This document shows, in pieces, positions 53,484 to 64,000 of a stretch of DNA of 64,000 nt. The first letter of the stretch is position 1, and every line of letters begins with the position of its first letter. The DNA lies in NCBI GenBank assembly GCA_964532665.1, contig CAZHMV010000002.1, positions 14,510 to 78,509 of the forward strand, given 5' to 3'. The notes below the pieces were generated by a model, which saw only the letters and a list, made by a program, of their open reading frames with translations, ran no database searches and was not told the origin of the DNA. A program made the position numbers and the translations under genes. Source of the stretch: an uncultured Anaerolineales bacterium (GTDB taxonomy: Bacteria > Chloroflexota > Anaerolineae > Epilineales > JAANWY01).

Positions 53484-54124
53484 GGCTGAAGCCGGCTGAT
53501 GTTCTCCTCGAACTCGCGCAGGGCCTGTTTCATCTGCTCTTGCCGCACGGCTGTGGTCAAATCACCCCGAGTGCGCTCCGTCACGCCCCGAACCATGTCG
53601 TTGGTGCGCCGCAAATTGCCCGTGATGGCACTGGGGAAATCCACGGTGCTGAGAACTGCGTAGACATCCTGCATGGCATTCAGGATGCGTTCGGCCTCGC
53701 CAACATCGCCGCGACGGATGAGGTCCAGCGCGTGCCGGCGCATCTCGCCGGCGGCCTCTCCCAGACCGTTGAGCCACGCCGCATCCTCCACCCGCAACTC
53801 CTCCGGCGTGGGCAGGGGTTCGTCGTGCATGAGCGCCCGGGTGATGTGCGCTTCTGCCAGCTCCTTCAGGGCGTCCTGGGTGTAGCCGGCAAACAGGATG
53901 TCGGGATGATCGGCCGCCGCCGCCCGAATGTGGCCCGCGATCTGGCCGGCATCCCTCAGAATGCTGTCAGCCACGTCCCACTCGCGGCGATGAGCCGCCC
54001 GAATGGCCCGCGAGGCGTGCTGGATCAACTGCCGGCTGAGTCGCAGCACCTCCTCTCGCGCCGTGTTCTTCGCTTCCAACCGTTCCAGAATCTGTTCCGC
54101 GATGGTTTCCAGGTTATTCAACAA
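53480..54124 (-). CDS. hypothetical all-helical protein with internal two-fold repeat (PhoU/DUF47-like or translin-like; unresolved)
   Basis: 214 aa; repeated ...DVADSILRDAGQIAGHI... / ...DVGEAERILNAMQDVYAVL... segments. Confidence 0.4.
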   Translation of the reverse strand: MLNNLETIAEQILERLEAKNTAREEVLRLSRQLIQHASRAIRAAHRREWDVADSILRDAGQIAGHIRAAAADHPDILFAGYTQDALKELAEAHITRALMHDEPLPTPEELRVEDAAWLNGLGEAAGEMRRHALDLIRRGDVGEAERILNAMQDVYAVLSTVDFPSAITGNLRRTNDMVRGVTERTRGDLTTAVRQEQMKQALREFEENISRLQP

Positions 54125-54135
54125 ACGACCTCAAT

Positions 54136-54927
54136 TCAGTACGCGGCTTTGTAGAATCCGCCGTCAACTTGCAGCGCGACACCGTTGATGAAGCCGGCCC
54201 GCTCTGAGGCTAGAAACGCCACAACGTCACCGAGTTCCTCGGGACGCCCCATGCGGCCAGCAGGGATGTTCCGCGTGATGCCGGCCGCTGCCTCCTCCAC
54301 GCTGATGCCGTCTCGATCGGCCCGAGCTTGCAGCAACTGTTGGACCCGCTCCGTCAGCGTCCAACCGGGGAGCACCGAGTTGACCGTGATCCCCTCGCCG
54401 GCCAGCTCGTTGGACAGGCTTTTGGTCAAACCAATCACGGCCATGCGGATGGCGTTGGAGAGCATCAGGTTGTCCAGGGGCATCTTCACCGAGATGGACG
54501 TGATGGTGATAATGCGACCCCAGCCGGCCTCGCGCATGTACGGCACAGTCTTATATGCCAGATGGACCGCGCTCATCAGCGTCAAGTCGAAGGCAGCCCG
54601 CCATTGATCCTCGCGCAGGTCGAAAAAGTTGCCCGGCGGGGGGCCGCCGGCGTTAGTGACCGCAATCAGCGGTGGTCCCAGTTCATCTACCGTCTGCGCA
54701 ACCCAATGATCGATCCCGTCACGGCTAGAGACGTCCGTGGGCACAGCCAGCACAACACTGCCGGTTGCTCCGCGAATCTCATCAGCCGTCGCATGTAGCT
54801 CATCTTCACGGCGGGCACAGATGGAAACCCTGGCCCCTTCACGTGCCAGACTCATGGCGGCCGCTTTGCCCAGGCCTTTACTGGATGCGGCGACCATGGC
54901 AACCTTGTCCCGGAGTCCGAGGTCCAT
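54136..54927 (-). CDS. SDR-family oxidoreductase
   Basis: 263 aa; N-terminal Gly-rich NAD(P)-binding motif, NAG and YxxxK regions. Confidence 0.88.
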   Translation of the reverse strand: MDLGLRDKVAMVAASSKGLGKAAAMSLAREGARVSICARREDELHATADEIRGATGSVVLAVPTDVSSRDGIDHWVAQTVDELGPPLIAVTNAGGPPPGNFFDLREDQWRAAFDLTLMSAVHLAYKTVPYMREAGWGRIITITSISVKMPLDNLMLSNAIRMAVIGLTKSLSNELAGEGITVNSVLPGWTLTERVQQLLQARADRDGISVEEAAAGITRNIPAGRMGRPEELGDVVAFLASERAGFINGVALQVDGGFYKAAY

Positions 54928-55330
54928 GCTTTCTCCTTTCGCGTTGAGAGAGTATTCGTTGAAGTGCCAGGCACATGAATTCTACACTACGGATTACATG
55001 TTGTCAACGAGCAACGACTCAGCCGTTCCCGTTGGGCAAAGTCTCCCGACCGCCGCCCCGCCAGCGGGTACTCGTCTCGAGATCCCCTGAATTCCTTGAG
55101 GCAGGGAATTCTTAACAAACAGAGCAAGTCTTCCTCACGGATCGAAAGAAACACGGATAGGATCTGACTTTCTCTGTTTTTATCGTTGGCGCGAGTAAGT
55201 CCCGGGTTAACTGGGTAGCAGGCCAATCGCATTGGCCGTCACTGGCCGGAGACGCCCAACACGGTTGGGCTTCCACCCATTTATGGGGTATCGCCCCTGA
55301 GTTTGTGGGGGTGTCGGATCGAACAGTTCC

Positions 55331-57145
55331 CTACGGGAAGAAACGCCGCCACAACGCATCCAGTACCGGAATCTCGACCCGGGCAATTGCCTGCGGAGCC
55401 GGGTACGGCGCGTACGCCTGGGCTCGATGACTGCGGGAAACAAGGGTGATGTAGAAATTGTAGATGCGCGTCTCCGGCACCATCGTTGCCCCCGGCGTCG
55501 CGGTTGGTGTGGCCGTAGGAGGGACTGTCCGCGTATAGGATGGCGTTGGAGATCGCGTGGCTGTCGGCGTGGCCGACGGTGTGTAGGACGGGGTAGGGGA
55601 TGGTACGGCCGTCCTGGTAGCCGTCGGCGTCGCAGTTGGCACGGGGGATGCAGTAGCGGTCCGTGTTGGTACAGGGGACTCCGTCGGCAAGGGAGATGGC
55701 GGCATGGTAGCTGTCGCGGTGGCCGTTGGCGTCATGGTAGGCACGGGAGAAGGTGTTGGGGGAGGGACGCGTGTCCGTGTAGCTGCCGGCGTCGCGGTTG
55801 ACGGGGGATCAACAACCGCACCCATTGTCACCGAGATCGCTCGTTGCGGCAGGGGACTGCGGTGTGGGCCACCAGTTGGGTCAGACCACTCAAAATACGA
55901 CCTCTGGGAATCGGTCCAGCTCGTGGAACCCTGGAAGACCGGAAGGAGTGTTCCGGTGATGTTGGTCGATACACGCAAGTGGATATCAACGGACTGAGGT
56001 GCACCGATCGTCAGGTTCTCGAAGTTGATGCGCACGGTGCCGGCGCCCGTGCCAACATCAGTCGTCGCGGGTGACAAGACCTGAACGTACTCGGAAGGGG
56101 CCAGTACAAGGGATGCCCGAGGAGCAACCAGCGTCCCCCGGTCGATCTGACTCATTCTGCCGTAGAAGTCCCGCATCATCTGGGGGACCATCCTGGGCAA
56201 CATCGAGAAGTCGAATCGGTCCACAAGGTTGGGATCGTAGTAGACCGATCCCCCTGTTGCTTCAGCTAACTCCCGTAGTGGCTTCAGGTATGGGAACCGC
56301 ATCAGGGGACCGGGCTCATTCCCCATCGGGACGACATTGACACGGATACCGTATGCCGTGGCCAGGTCAATCATCTCCGGGATCTGGTCCCGGTCCGAAT
56401 CCATATACGGCCCCCGGTTGACGACAAAAACCTCAACTGGATAGCCCTGTTCGGCATATCGGATTGCGACTTGCAGAGTCTCCGTCAGTCCCCTGGTGAA
56501 CTCGTACCACCCACTGGGAGCATGTTCGACGAGAGCGTCTATCGACGGGCGCGGGGCCAGACAGGGGTAATGGAGCATCATACTGCCACCATCCCCACCC
56601 ACGAGCCCCAGCATACCATCGCACAGGCCACTTTCAACCCAGAACCGGCGGAGCATGTCCAGAGCACTCTCCCAGGGTTCGTATCGGAATCCAAGCGGCT
56701 TCAATTCGTCAATCAACTCAGACCGTTGGGATTCGCTCAGCCCCCGCCATATCTCCTGCAGTGTTTCGGTGGGATTTGAAGAATCGGGAACGATGCCGTG
56801 ATTCAGGAGAACCGTGCTCAGGATGGCCTGCTGGTTGGAACCCAGGCTGTCGCCGCCCTCAAAACGCGACCCGTACGTCATGAAGGTACTGATGTCCAAA
56901 TTCCAGACCTGCACAGCTCCGGTCAGAGGAACGGCGGTAAACCGAAGTACGAAGTCTTCCCCATCGACGTAGGCCAGCTTGGGCATCTGCGTGAACCAGA
57001 AGCCTACACGAGGCCCTGGCCGGTCCACGGGAGGTAGTGGGTCAGTTGGAATATCGGGGTCGGCTGTCACAGTGATGGCACCCATGACAAAGGTGCCAAG
57101 GACAACAACGACCACAAGTGCGATTCGCGTTATGCCTCGTTTCAT
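55331..57145 (-). CDS. secreted hypothetical protein with ~140-aa Pro/Thr/Ser-rich low-complexity segment
   Basis: signal [28 protein letters not shown]; (A/P)TPT repeats near C-terminus; no confident domain. Confidence 0.6.
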   Translation of the reverse strand: MKRGITRIALVVVVVLGTFVMGAITVTADPDIPTDPLPPVDRPGPRVGFWFTQMPKLAYVDGEDFVLRFTAVPLTGAVQVWNLDISTFMTYGSRFEGGDSLGSNQQAILSTVLLNHGIVPDSSNPTETLQEIWRGLSESQRSELIDELKPLGFRYEPWESALDMLRRFWVESGLCDGMLGLVGGDGGSMMLHYPCLAPRPSIDALVEHAPSGWYEFTRGLTETLQVAIRYAEQGYPVEVFVVNRGPYMDSDRDQIPEMIDLATAYGIRVNVVPMGNEPGPLMRFPYLKPLRELAEATGGSVYYDPNLVDRFDFSMLPRMVPQMMRDFYGRMSQIDRGTLVAPRASLVLAPSEYVQVLSPATTDVGTGAGTVRINFENLTIGAPQSVDIHLRVSTNITGTLLPVFQGSTSWTDSQRSYFEWSDPTGGPHRSPLPQRAISVTMGAVVDPPSTATPAATRTRVPPPTPSPVPTMTPTATATATMPPSPLPTESPVPTRTATASPVPTATPTATRTAVPSPTPSYTPSATPTATRSPTPSYTRTVPPTATPTATPGATMVPETRIYNFYITLVSRSHRAQAYAPYPAPQAIARVEIPVLDALWRRFFP

Positions 57146-57726
57146 AGACAAAGAGTCCCCTTAGGACAGGCTGGGGGGACAACCCAGGGTGTGATGTGAG
57201 GCCAGGACACGCGACAGAACCTGAACCAGATGACAGACGCGTGGTGGGCCGTGAACGATTGCTACTCTCATGCTCCAGAACTACATGCAGTTGGGCGCGG
57301 CTATTCTGCGCTGGTACGTAGGGCGCCGGCGGCGCCCCAGATCCACGATGAGAATCTCGTGATAGCCTGGCTTGGGTCGGACACGCTACATGTCAGTACA
57401 AAGTCCAAGATCCAGAGAACTCAATCTTCGCCAACAAGCCTAACAGGGCACTATATGTGCAACTCTGAAGCTGATGCCGACGTGGGGTGGAGGGAACCCG
57501 CGAGGGGCAAGAATCACAAAGGATTCCAGTGTAACAGTAAGGGCCTGGTGAGTTTCAAGCACTGCCCCCTGTCGGCTGCATGCTGCAACCGTGCCTATTC
57601 TACCCGAATTCTGGCTCTTCTGTCAATAGCTAACGTGGGCGATGGCCAGAAAATTCGGTCCCGTATCCAACGATTGCTGTACGGCTGCTATACGGACACC
57701 CTATGATGATATGCATCCTTTCCGCA

Positions 57727-57760
57727 CCGAGGCCGCTCGCAATGCGAGCGGCCTCTTATG
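57727..57760 (+). terminator. hairpin GAGGCCGCTCGC-AAT-GCGAGCGGCCTC + TTATGGG
   Basis: 12-bp perfect GC-rich stem; weak U-tract; sits in a ~700-bp non-coding block. Confidence 0.4.
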
Positions 57761-57874
57761 GGCGTAGATTATGAGGTCCGATGCCCTTTGCAGAACCACA
57801 TCGGATCTCTACCCGAAGTGCCGGCAATCGACCTGCCGGTTATTGATCCGATGGATTGGGCATCCAACAACAGC

Positions 57875-57903
57875 TATTGTACCCGATTTGCATGCTTTTG
57901 TCA
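57875..57903 (-). promoter_or_regulatory. consensus sigma70 promoter TTGACA-17-TACAAT firing leftwards into the non-coding block
   Basis: minus strand ggTTGACAaaagcatgcaaatcgggTACAATagct read directly; 3' of recR. Confidence 0.5.
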
Positions 57904-57936
57904 ACCGGCGCCGTCATCAGTCAAACACCACCGCTG

Positions 57937-58536
57937 TCACAATTCTCGCCGGCCTTCCAGCGCCCGTGCCAGAGTCACCTCATCAGCATATTCCAGGTCG
58001 CCGCCCACCGGCAGGCCGTATGCTGGACGTGTGACCCGCACCTCCAGCGGCTTGATCAGTCGCTCCAGGTACATGGCTGTGGCTTCCCCTTCCAAGTTGG
58101 GGTTCGTGGCCAGAATCACCTCGCTCACGGTATCGTGGCGCAGTCGGTCCATCAACTCGTCGATTCGCAAATCGGCTGGACCAATTCCCTCCACGGGCGA
58201 AATAGCTCCGTGAAGGACATGGTACACGCCCTTGTACTCATGCATGCGTTCGAGCGCCATCACATCGAGCGGTTCTTCGACTACACAGATGGTTGCGTGA
58301 TCACGCTCCAGGCCGGTACAGATACTGCATGGGCTGCGGTCAGCAATGTTGCAGCAACGCTCGCAGTAGACGACCTGTTCTTTCAGGTTGTGCAGCGCCT
58401 CCGCCAGCGCCAGCGCCTGCTCCTCCGGCGCACGCAGCAGATAGAACGTAAGACGTGATGCAGTTTTCGGCCCAATGCCCGGCAGGCGGCTGAATTCATC
58501 GATCAACCGCGAGACGGGCTTCGCCACGGTGCTCAT
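57937..58536 (-). CDS. recR: recombination protein RecR
   Basis: 199 aa; HhH, C4 zinc finger (CERCCN..CSIC), Toprim. Confidence 0.95.
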   Translation of the reverse strand: MSTVAKPVSRLIDEFSRLPGIGPKTASRLTFYLLRAPEEQALALAEALHNLKEQVVYCERCCNIADRSPCSICTGLERDHATICVVEEPLDVMALERMHEYKGVYHVLHGAISPVEGIGPADLRIDELMDRLRHDTVSEVILATNPNLEGEATAMYLERLIKPLEVRVTRPAYGLPVGGDLEYADEVTLARALEGRREL

Positions 58537-58537
58537 G

Positions 58538-58879
58538 CTAGAAACCCAGCCCCGGAATGTTCAGCCCACCAGTGAAAGCGCTCATTCGATCAGCCGCCAT
58601 CTGCTGGGACTTGTCAACCGCCTCGTTGACGGCCGCAACGATCAGGTCCTGGAGCATCTCAACGTCGTCCGGGTCCAGCACATCGGGATCGATCTCAACA
58701 GCCTGCAGCTTTTGGTGTCCGGTCATCACGACTTTGACCACACCCCCGCCAACTGTTACCTCGACGGTTTCCTCGCCCAGCTCTTCTTGAGCTCTCAGCA
58801 TCTCTTCCTGCAGCTTTTGGATTTGCTGCATCATCTGCTTCTGCTGACCCCCGCCAAAACCGCCTCTTCGCCTTGCCAT
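58538..58879 (-). CDS. ybaB: nucleoid-associated protein YbaB/EbfC
   Basis: 113 aa; conserved dnaX-ybaB-recR arrangement. Confidence 0.93.
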   Translation of the reverse strand: MARRRGGFGGGQQKQMMQQIQKLQEEMLRAQEELGEETVEVTVGGGVVKVVMTGHQKLQAVEIDPDVLDPDDVEMLQDLIVAAVNEAVDKSQQMAADRMSAFTGGLNIPGLGF

Positions 58880-58884
58880 ATCAT

Positions 58885-60627
58885 TTACTCCTTCTCTTCG
58901 TCCGATGCCGGCAGATGTGTCTCAATCCCCGCAATCCGGGCACCGAACTTTTCAACAGCCGCCCGGATTACCGGGTCCTCGGCCGCCTGCTGATATTTGT
59001 CCTTCGGTCGCCGTTTTTGAACTTCCTGTACGGCCGTGCCCTTGTCCATCATGACGCACTGCACCTGAACCCTGGCACCCAGGACCCTTTGTAGCATGGC
59101 CGTTACCAGCGACTTGTTTTTCGGCTCTTCCACCCGCTGCCGGTGGAAAGGATAGAAAAAGCCAAGGGTTATCACGTCGCCGTCTACGGCCATGGGCGTG
59201 CAATCCTTGAGCAATGCCTCGACCATCCGGCTATGCGGACGAATCGCTGTGAGCAGTTCATCCCAGTTGGCCTTCACTGCATCGATGTCAATATTTCCAC
59301 TACGCTCAGCCGGTGTCGGCAAAGCCTCATCCTCACCGCTCCCAACAGCCGGCCCGGCCGCAGCGTCTGTCGTCCGGGTGGCCGGCGGCTCAACGGCTGT
59401 GGCTGGTGCCGGGGTGGGCTCCGCTGCCGGCGCTGGCTGCGCCCTGTCACGTGTCGCGCCGGACGACTGTGGTGCCTCTCGAACCGCTCGATCCTTCGTC
59501 TCGGTGGGGCGTGCTGGAGAGGACACCTCACGCACTGCTGGCCCGGCCGCATCCAACGTCATCTCGACAAAGGCCAACTCCAGGGGCAACTGCGGCTGTG
59601 CCCCGATCTTCAGGTTGAAGTCTGCCTCGGCGAAACAGCGGATGATCTTGATCAACCGCCGCCCCGACAACCGCACGACCTGGGCCTGCATTCGTTTCAG
59701 CGTAGCATCGGTCACGTTCACCAGACCGCGATTGCCCGCTTGGAGCAACAAGAGCCCGCGCAGGTACTCCAGCAACTGGCGCGTGAATTGCCGGGGATCG
59801 GCGCCGGCGTCCACCGTCTGGTTGATGAGGGCCAGGCCATCCGACGGGTTCCGGTCGATCAGGTGATCCACCAGCGTCGCCACGGCATCGCCGGCGACAG
59901 TGCCCAGCAGCGTCTGAACCTGCTCCAGGGTCACGGCGTCCTCGGCAAAGGCCAGCAGTTGATCCAGCAAGCTCTCCGAATCCCGGAGGCTCCCGGTGGC
60001 AGCCCGGGCGATGGCTTCGAGGGCAGCCGGCTCGGCCACCACACCTTCGGCTTCGCAAATCCGCTCCAGCTTGCCGATGATGGCCTGAAGGCTCACGCGG
60101 TGGAAATCAAAGCGCTGGCAGCGTGAGCGGATGGTCTCCGGGATCTTGTGCGGCTCCGTGGTGGCCAGCACGAACAGGGCGTGGGCCGGCGGTTCCTCCA
60201 GTGTCTTCAACAGCGCATTGAAGGCCGCGTTGGACAGCATGTGGACCTCATCGATGACATAGACTTTCTGCCGCGCCTCGTTGGGGGAGAAGTTGATCTT
60301 GTCCCGCAGGTCGCGCACATCATCCACGCCGGTGTTCGAGGCTGCGTCGATCTCGATGAGGTCCAGGTGGGAGCCATCGCTCATCGCCCGGCAGATGCGG
60401 CACTCATTGCACGGTCGTTGACCCTCCGGAGACAGGCAGTTGACTGCCTTGGCCAGGATACGGGCTACGCTAGTCTTGCCTGTACCGCGAGGGCCGGTGA
60501 AGAGGTATGCGTGGGCCACCCGTCCCGTCGCCAGTGCGTTACGCAACGTCTGAGTCACGTGATCCTGTCCGATCACATCCTCAAACGCCTGCGGACGCCA
60601 GCGACGATAGAGAGCCTGGGTAGCCAT
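58885..60627 (-). CDS. dnaX: DNA polymerase III subunit tau/gamma
   Basis: Walker A GPRGTGKTS, SRC motif, Zn Cys cluster; likely start MATQALYRRWRP. Confidence 0.93.
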   Translation of the reverse strand: MATQALYRRWRPQAFEDVIGQDHVTQTLRNALATGRVAHAYLFTGPRGTGKTSVARILAKAVNCLSPEGQRPCNECRICRAMSDGSHLDLIEIDAASNTGVDDVRDLRDKINFSPNEARQKVYVIDEVHMLSNAAFNALLKTLEEPPAHALFVLATTEPHKIPETIRSRCQRFDFHRVSLQAIIGKLERICEAEGVVAEPAALEAIARAATGSLRDSESLLDQLLAFAEDAVTLEQVQTLLGTVAGDAVATLVDHLIDRNPSDGLALINQTVDAGADPRQFTRQLLEYLRGLLLLQAGNRGLVNVTDATLKRMQAQVVRLSGRRLIKIIRCFAEADFNLKIGAQPQLPLELAFVEMTLDAAGPAVREVSSPARPTETKDRAVREAPQSSGATRDRAQPAPAAEPTPAPATAVEPPATRTTDAAAGPAVGSGEDEALPTPAERSGNIDIDAVKANWDELLTAIRPHSRMVEALLKDCTPMAVDGDVITLGFFYPFHRQRVEEPKNKSLVTAMLQRVLGARVQVQCVMMDKGTAVQEVQKRRPKDKYQQAAEDPVIRAAVEKFGARIAGIETHLPASDEEKE

Positions 60628-60749
60628 TCGATCTCCTTCCTGTGGGACCAATCTAAATATCTAGTTTACCATCGATAACCGGGAAACGCAAGTGCCTTTT
60701 TGTCCTACCCCTCGTTTCCTGCTATAATTGTACGCTGGAGGCAAGGCCC

Positions 60750-61895
60750 ATGGCAAAGGCGGAGTCCGTTGTAAGGCGAAAATCGAGGGACCAGGCTGGC
60801 CGGCGCGAGGCACAGAGCGACAGTGATCCCGATCCCGGCGCACTCATCCGCCGTTTGTCCACCTTGCGCTGGGTGCTCCCCCTGGCGATTTTTCTGGTTG
60901 TCGTTGTACACCAGGCTGCTGAGAACCGAACATTCGAACAGTGGCCGGCCCTCTACCGCTTCTTGTCCGGGGTCGCTATATACGGCTTCATCGGCCCAAT
61001 CGTCACTTTCTTCACCCTGAGTTGGATCACTGGCCAATTGAGGGAGAAAGAAGAGGCCGAAGGCAGGATCCGACAACTCAACTGGGAGCTGGAGCAACGC
61101 GTAGCACAACGGACTGAAGAACTGGCCCGGGCTTATGAAGAATTGCGAGAGCGGAACGAAGCTCTGGAAACCGCCAACGAGGAACTTAAGGAACTCGACC
61201 AACTGAAGTCCGATTTTGTCTCCATGGTCTCCCACGAGCTACGGGCTCCTCTCACCAATATCAATGGCTCTATCGAGTTGATGTTGACCGACGGTGATAT
61301 GGACCCCAATGCCCAGCGAACGATGCTCCGGATCATCGGTGAGCAGACCGCACGGCTCACACGTCTGGTCCAGGGGATATTGAACGTCAGCCGGATTGAG
61401 GCCCGCAAGCTGGAAATCCATCCACAGGCCATTGACGTCAAGCCGTTGATGGAAAAGGCCATTGAAAACCTGAGCCGGACTGAGAGTATTCATGAGTTTA
61501 AGTTACCCGAGAGGCCGCTCCCCCTCGTGTGGGCTGATCCAGATCGCCTCGAAGAGATTCTGGCCAATTTGATCGACAACGCCGTCAAGTACTCCCCTGA
61601 AGGTGGCACAATTAAGCTCTCGGCACGGGAGAGCGATGGCCGGCTTATCATCTCTGTAACCGATCCCGGCGTCGGCATCCCGGCCAAGGAGCTGGACAAG
61701 ATTTTCGAGAAGTTTCACCGGGTGGACCGGGGTGATGCGCGAACCACCTACGGGCACGGACTGGGACTCTACATCTCCAAGCGTTTTATCGAAGCTCATG
61801 GCGGCGATATTTGGGTTGACAGCAAGTTGGGTAAGGGCTCTACATTTAGCTTCACCTTACCCCTCGCGGACCCGGATCGCTTCAGAGCCAGGTAG
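60750..61895 (+). CDS. sensor histidine kinase (2 TM, coiled coil, HisKA, HATPase_c)
   Basis: H-box SHELRAPL; N/G1/G2 boxes. Confidence 0.9.
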   Translation: MAKAESVVRRKSRDQAGRREAQSDSDPDPGALIRRLSTLRWVLPLAIFLVVVVHQAAENRTFEQWPALYRFLSGVAIYGFIGPIVTFFTLSWITGQLREKEEAEGRIRQLNWELEQRVAQRTEELARAYEELRERNEALETANEELKELDQLKSDFVSMVSHELRAPLTNINGSIELMLTDGDMDPNAQRTMLRIIGEQTARLTRLVQGILNVSRIEARKLEIHPQAIDVKPLMEKAIENLSRTESIHEFKLPERPLPLVWADPDRLEEILANLIDNAVKYSPEGGTIKLSARESDGRLIISVTDPGVGIPAKELDKIFEKFHRVDRGDARTTYGHGLGLYISKRFIEAHGGDIWVDSKLGKGSTFSFTLPLADPDRFRAR

Positions 61896-61927
61896 CCGTT
61901 GAGCGCCGGTAGAAAGGACTGTCGAGG

Positions 61928-62623
61928 ATGGCAGCGGGCGATAAGGTCTTGGTGATTGACGACGATACCACGTTGCTGAACCTTCTTCAGCAAAGCCTGG
62001 GCAAAGCCGGCTATGAAGTCATCACGGCAACGAACGGGCTGAGTGGTCTACAAAAGATGTACGAGGAACGCCCGGACCTCATCGTCCTCGATGTGATGAT
62101 GCCGCGCATGGACGGCTGGGAAACCTGCCGGCGGGTCCGTGAGATGTCCCAGGTGCCCATCATTATGCTGACGGCCAAGGATGAGGAAGCTGACAAAATC
62201 AAGGGATTTGATTACGGTGTCGATGACTACGTCACCAAGCCTTTCAGCTTTGCCGAACTTACCGCACGTGTAGCAGCCGTGCTACATCGCACGCGCCAGC
62301 GACCGCCCCACCGCCGGCCGGCCATCTATCGCATCGATGACCTGGTGATCGATCTGGAGAACCGGCGTGTCACCAAGAACGGCGAAGTTCTCGATCTGAC
62401 GCCCACCGAATATCGGCTGCTGGCCACGCTGGTGGAGAATGCCGGTCGGGTTCTCTCCCACGAACAACTGTTGAGCGATGTCTGGGGACCGGAGTACGTG
62501 GATGATACCGGCTACGTCAAACGTTACATCTGGTATCTGCGACAGAAGCTGGAGGACGACCCCAGCCACCCCAGGTTCATTCTGACCGAACGCGGATTCG
62601 GCTACCGTTTCCGCAGAGATTAG
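61928..62623 (+). CDS. OmpR/PhoB-family response regulator
   Basis: receiver Asp pocket (DDD..D..K) + winged-helix Trans_reg_C. Confidence 0.92.
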   Translation: MAAGDKVLVIDDDTTLLNLLQQSLGKAGYEVITATNGLSGLQKMYEERPDLIVLDVMMPRMDGWETCRRVREMSQVPIIMLTAKDEEADKIKGFDYGVDDYVTKPFSFAELTARVAAVLHRTRQRPPHRRPAIYRIDDLVIDLENRRVTKNGEVLDLTPTEYRLLATLVENAGRVLSHEQLLSDVWGPEYVDDTGYVKRYIWYLRQKLEDDPSHPRFILTERGFGYRFRRD

Positions 62624-62652
62624 TCCATAAAACCGGAATTAACGGTATGTGT

Positions 62653-62692
62653 AGAGGCCCCGGGGTTCCCGGGGCCTCCTTTCGTTCGATGC
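62653..62692 (+). terminator. rho-independent terminator GAGGCCCCGGG-GTT-CCCGGGGCCTC + CTTTCGTTCG
   Basis: 11-bp perfect stem immediately 3' of the response regulator. Confidence 0.6.
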
Positions 62693-62714
62693 CAGGATGG
62701 GGGCGTACGGCCGG

Positions 62715-63509
62715 CTACTTCTGGTCCAGCAAGTACGTGACCAGGGCCTTGATCCGTTCCTTGGAGAGGACCTGGCCAAAGGATTGGGGCATTACACTCG
62801 CTGGACAGGGTCCCTGTGGGCACTGGGGTGCGATGAACGCATTGGGATCGACGATGGATTGGCGGATGTATGCCTCCGCACTTTCAACGCCGGCTTTGGT
62901 GGCCCGCTCCTCAGCCACCGTCCCGATATGGGTGAGGCTGGGACCAACCTGACCCTGGGATACCCCCTCGATGGCGTGACAACTGGTACAGCCCTCGGAC
63001 TTGAACAACTCTCCACCCACCGTGACCAACTGGGATTCGGGAATGGGCGTCTCTTCGACCGCCACCACGCCCTGTGGCAACTGGCCGGCTGTCGGCGCCC
63101 AGTTCATGATGAAGTTTGCAAGGTCCTGGATCTCGTCGTCGCGCAAGGGGCCACCGAACGTCTGACTCCACGGTTGCATCACGGTACCGGGCCGGCCGGC
63201 TGAGATCGTGCTCTTGAGGTAACTCTCCACAGAACCCGTCCAATCCTTCTGGGCGATGCGGCCATTGGGGCCCGTGTCAAACAGGGCTGGCGTATTCAGA
63301 GTCGGGCCGGTCCTGCCCTCCCCGTATGTCCCATGGCACAGCGAACAGCGAGCCTCGAACAGGGCAGCTCCGTTCTCAATGGATCGTGCGTGCTGTGCCC
63401 GGGTCCTCGCATCCAGGCCGGCCGCCAGGTCATTGACCCCAACGAAGAGGACAATGAACATGGTTGCCAGGATCAGCAACAGTCCAGCAGTAATCTCAAG
63501 ACGTGTCAT
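62715..63509 (-). CDS. membrane-anchored dihaem c-type cytochrome
   Basis: N-terminal TM; two CxxCH motifs (CSLCH, CTSCH) each followed by a Met-containing segment. Confidence 0.88.
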   Translation of the reverse strand: MTRLEITAGLLLILATMFIVLFVGVNDLAAGLDARTRAQHARSIENGAALFEARCSLCHGTYGEGRTGPTLNTPALFDTGPNGRIAQKDWTGSVESYLKSTISAGRPGTVMQPWSQTFGGPLRDDEIQDLANFIMNWAPTAGQLPQGVVAVEETPIPESQLVTVGGELFKSEGCTSCHAIEGVSQGQVGPSLTHIGTVAEERATKAGVESAEAYIRQSIVDPNAFIAPQCPQGPCPASVMPQSFGQVLSKERIKALVTYLLDQK

Positions 63510-63527
63510 GGGATGTCGCCTCCTATG

Positions 63528-64000
63528 TCAGTCGTGCTTGGCTTCTCGATGTATGTAGGCAACCTTTTCGGCAACCGTATCCTCAGGTTTCTTGGCGGGG
63601 TCCTCCCAATCGATCCTCATCGTAACTCGCTTGAGGTCCTGCTGCCACGGCTCAATGATCATTTCGACTTGTGTTCCTTCGCCGAAGGCCTCCAGGGTCT
63701 GCGCTTTGAAGTCCGCCAGGATCTGCTCAAAGCGCGTCGGATTTTCAGGGACGACAAACTCATCGACGTCATATACACCGATGGGGAGACTGTCGTAGCC
63801 CAGTTCTCGAACCGGACCAGGGCTGGTTACGAAGATACCAACCCCCTCCTCAGGAATGAATGACTGGAATATTTCAGCCTGTGGCGGAGCTGCGATGCCC
63901 CAACCAGGCGTACCCATGTAGCTTAACATCAACAGCACGATGACAGAGACCAAGCCCAGGAAGATGGCGATCGGGCGGTTCTTTGCCAGCCGACTCGGAT
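63528..64000 (-). CDS. hypothetical membrane-anchored protein, N-terminus probably beyond window end
   Basis: ORF continues in frame to the window edge; TM (VSVIVLLMLSYM) then soluble domain; no motif recognised. Confidence 0.4.
   Translation of the reverse strand, partial: PSRLAKNRPIAIFLGLVSVIVLLMLSYMGTPGWGIAAPPQAEIFQSFIPEEGVGIFVTSPGPVRELGYDSLPIGVYDVDEFVVPENPTRFEQILADFKAQTLEAFGEGTQVEMIIEPWQQDLKRVTMRIDWEDPAKKPEDTVAEKVAYIHREAKHD

Noticed and set aside
55200-55330. tRNA-like GGATCGAAC motif between the SDR and secreted-protein genes
   Set aside because: No acceptor/T-stem complementarity could be drawn and no CCA-adjacent discriminator context was found.
55331-57145. von Willebrand A domain in the PT-rich secreted protein
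   Set aside because: No MIDAS DxSxS motif could be located, so it was left as hypothetical.
57230-57706. Cys-rich 158-aa ORF as a real gene
   Set aside because: No RBS, poor codon bias and low-complexity composition. It lies in a block better explained as non-coding.
58885-60627. Programmed -1 frameshift heptamer (A AAA AAG) in dnaX
   Set aside because: No A-rich slippery heptamer found on the coding strand, so gamma (if made) is not produced by the E. coli mechanism.

Overview
This is a high-GC (~60%) bacterial chromosomal window of housekeeping genes. Chloroflexota is the most plausible source, judging from Pro/Thr-rich lipoprotein linkers, an archaeal-type ProRS and sigma70-like promoters, but this is an inference. 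Coordinates I read by eye can be off by about 2 nt; gene ends follow the ORF track.

Gene content, in order:
- An arginine/carbamoyl-phosphate supercluster on the minus strand: argC-argB-argD-GNAT(argA-like)-carA-[foreign ORF]-carB-argG-argJ-argH-pheA.
- cspA.
- A ~3.4 kb lower-GC island carrying a HEPN-like gene and a CARDB secreted protein.
- bioY, a PHP histidinol-phosphatase, proS, a PhzF-like gene, and lexA with a GAAC-N4-GTTC operator.
- rqcH and a CYTH-domain gene.
- Three consecutive Opp/Dpp-like ABC transporter operons with extra lipoproteins.
- A CPA2 Kef-type antiporter, ferredoxin, NYN-domain gene and an SDR.
- A secreted PT-rich protein, recR-ybaB-dnaX, a two-component system and a dihaem cytochrome c.

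The most unusual signal is a dense set of short-unit (7-10 bp) tandem arrays arranged as inverted pairs that fold into long hairpins. They sit at nearly every intercistronic junction. The families have units CAGTRAT, ACGCART/GCGTCTT/CGTGAAA, GATTGGA and GGAACTC. At least three copies lie in frame inside conserved genes (carB twice, argJ once) and lengthen the proteins without breaking the reading frame.

Other elements that gene annotation does not explain:
- A ~113-nt element with 22-bp terminal inverted stems, two copies, each flanked by ~10-bp direct repeats.
- A 33-bp perfect palindrome, two copies, bracketing one ABC operon.
- Several nested or twin palindromes between convergent genes.
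- A ~700-bp non-coding block with a consensus promoter.
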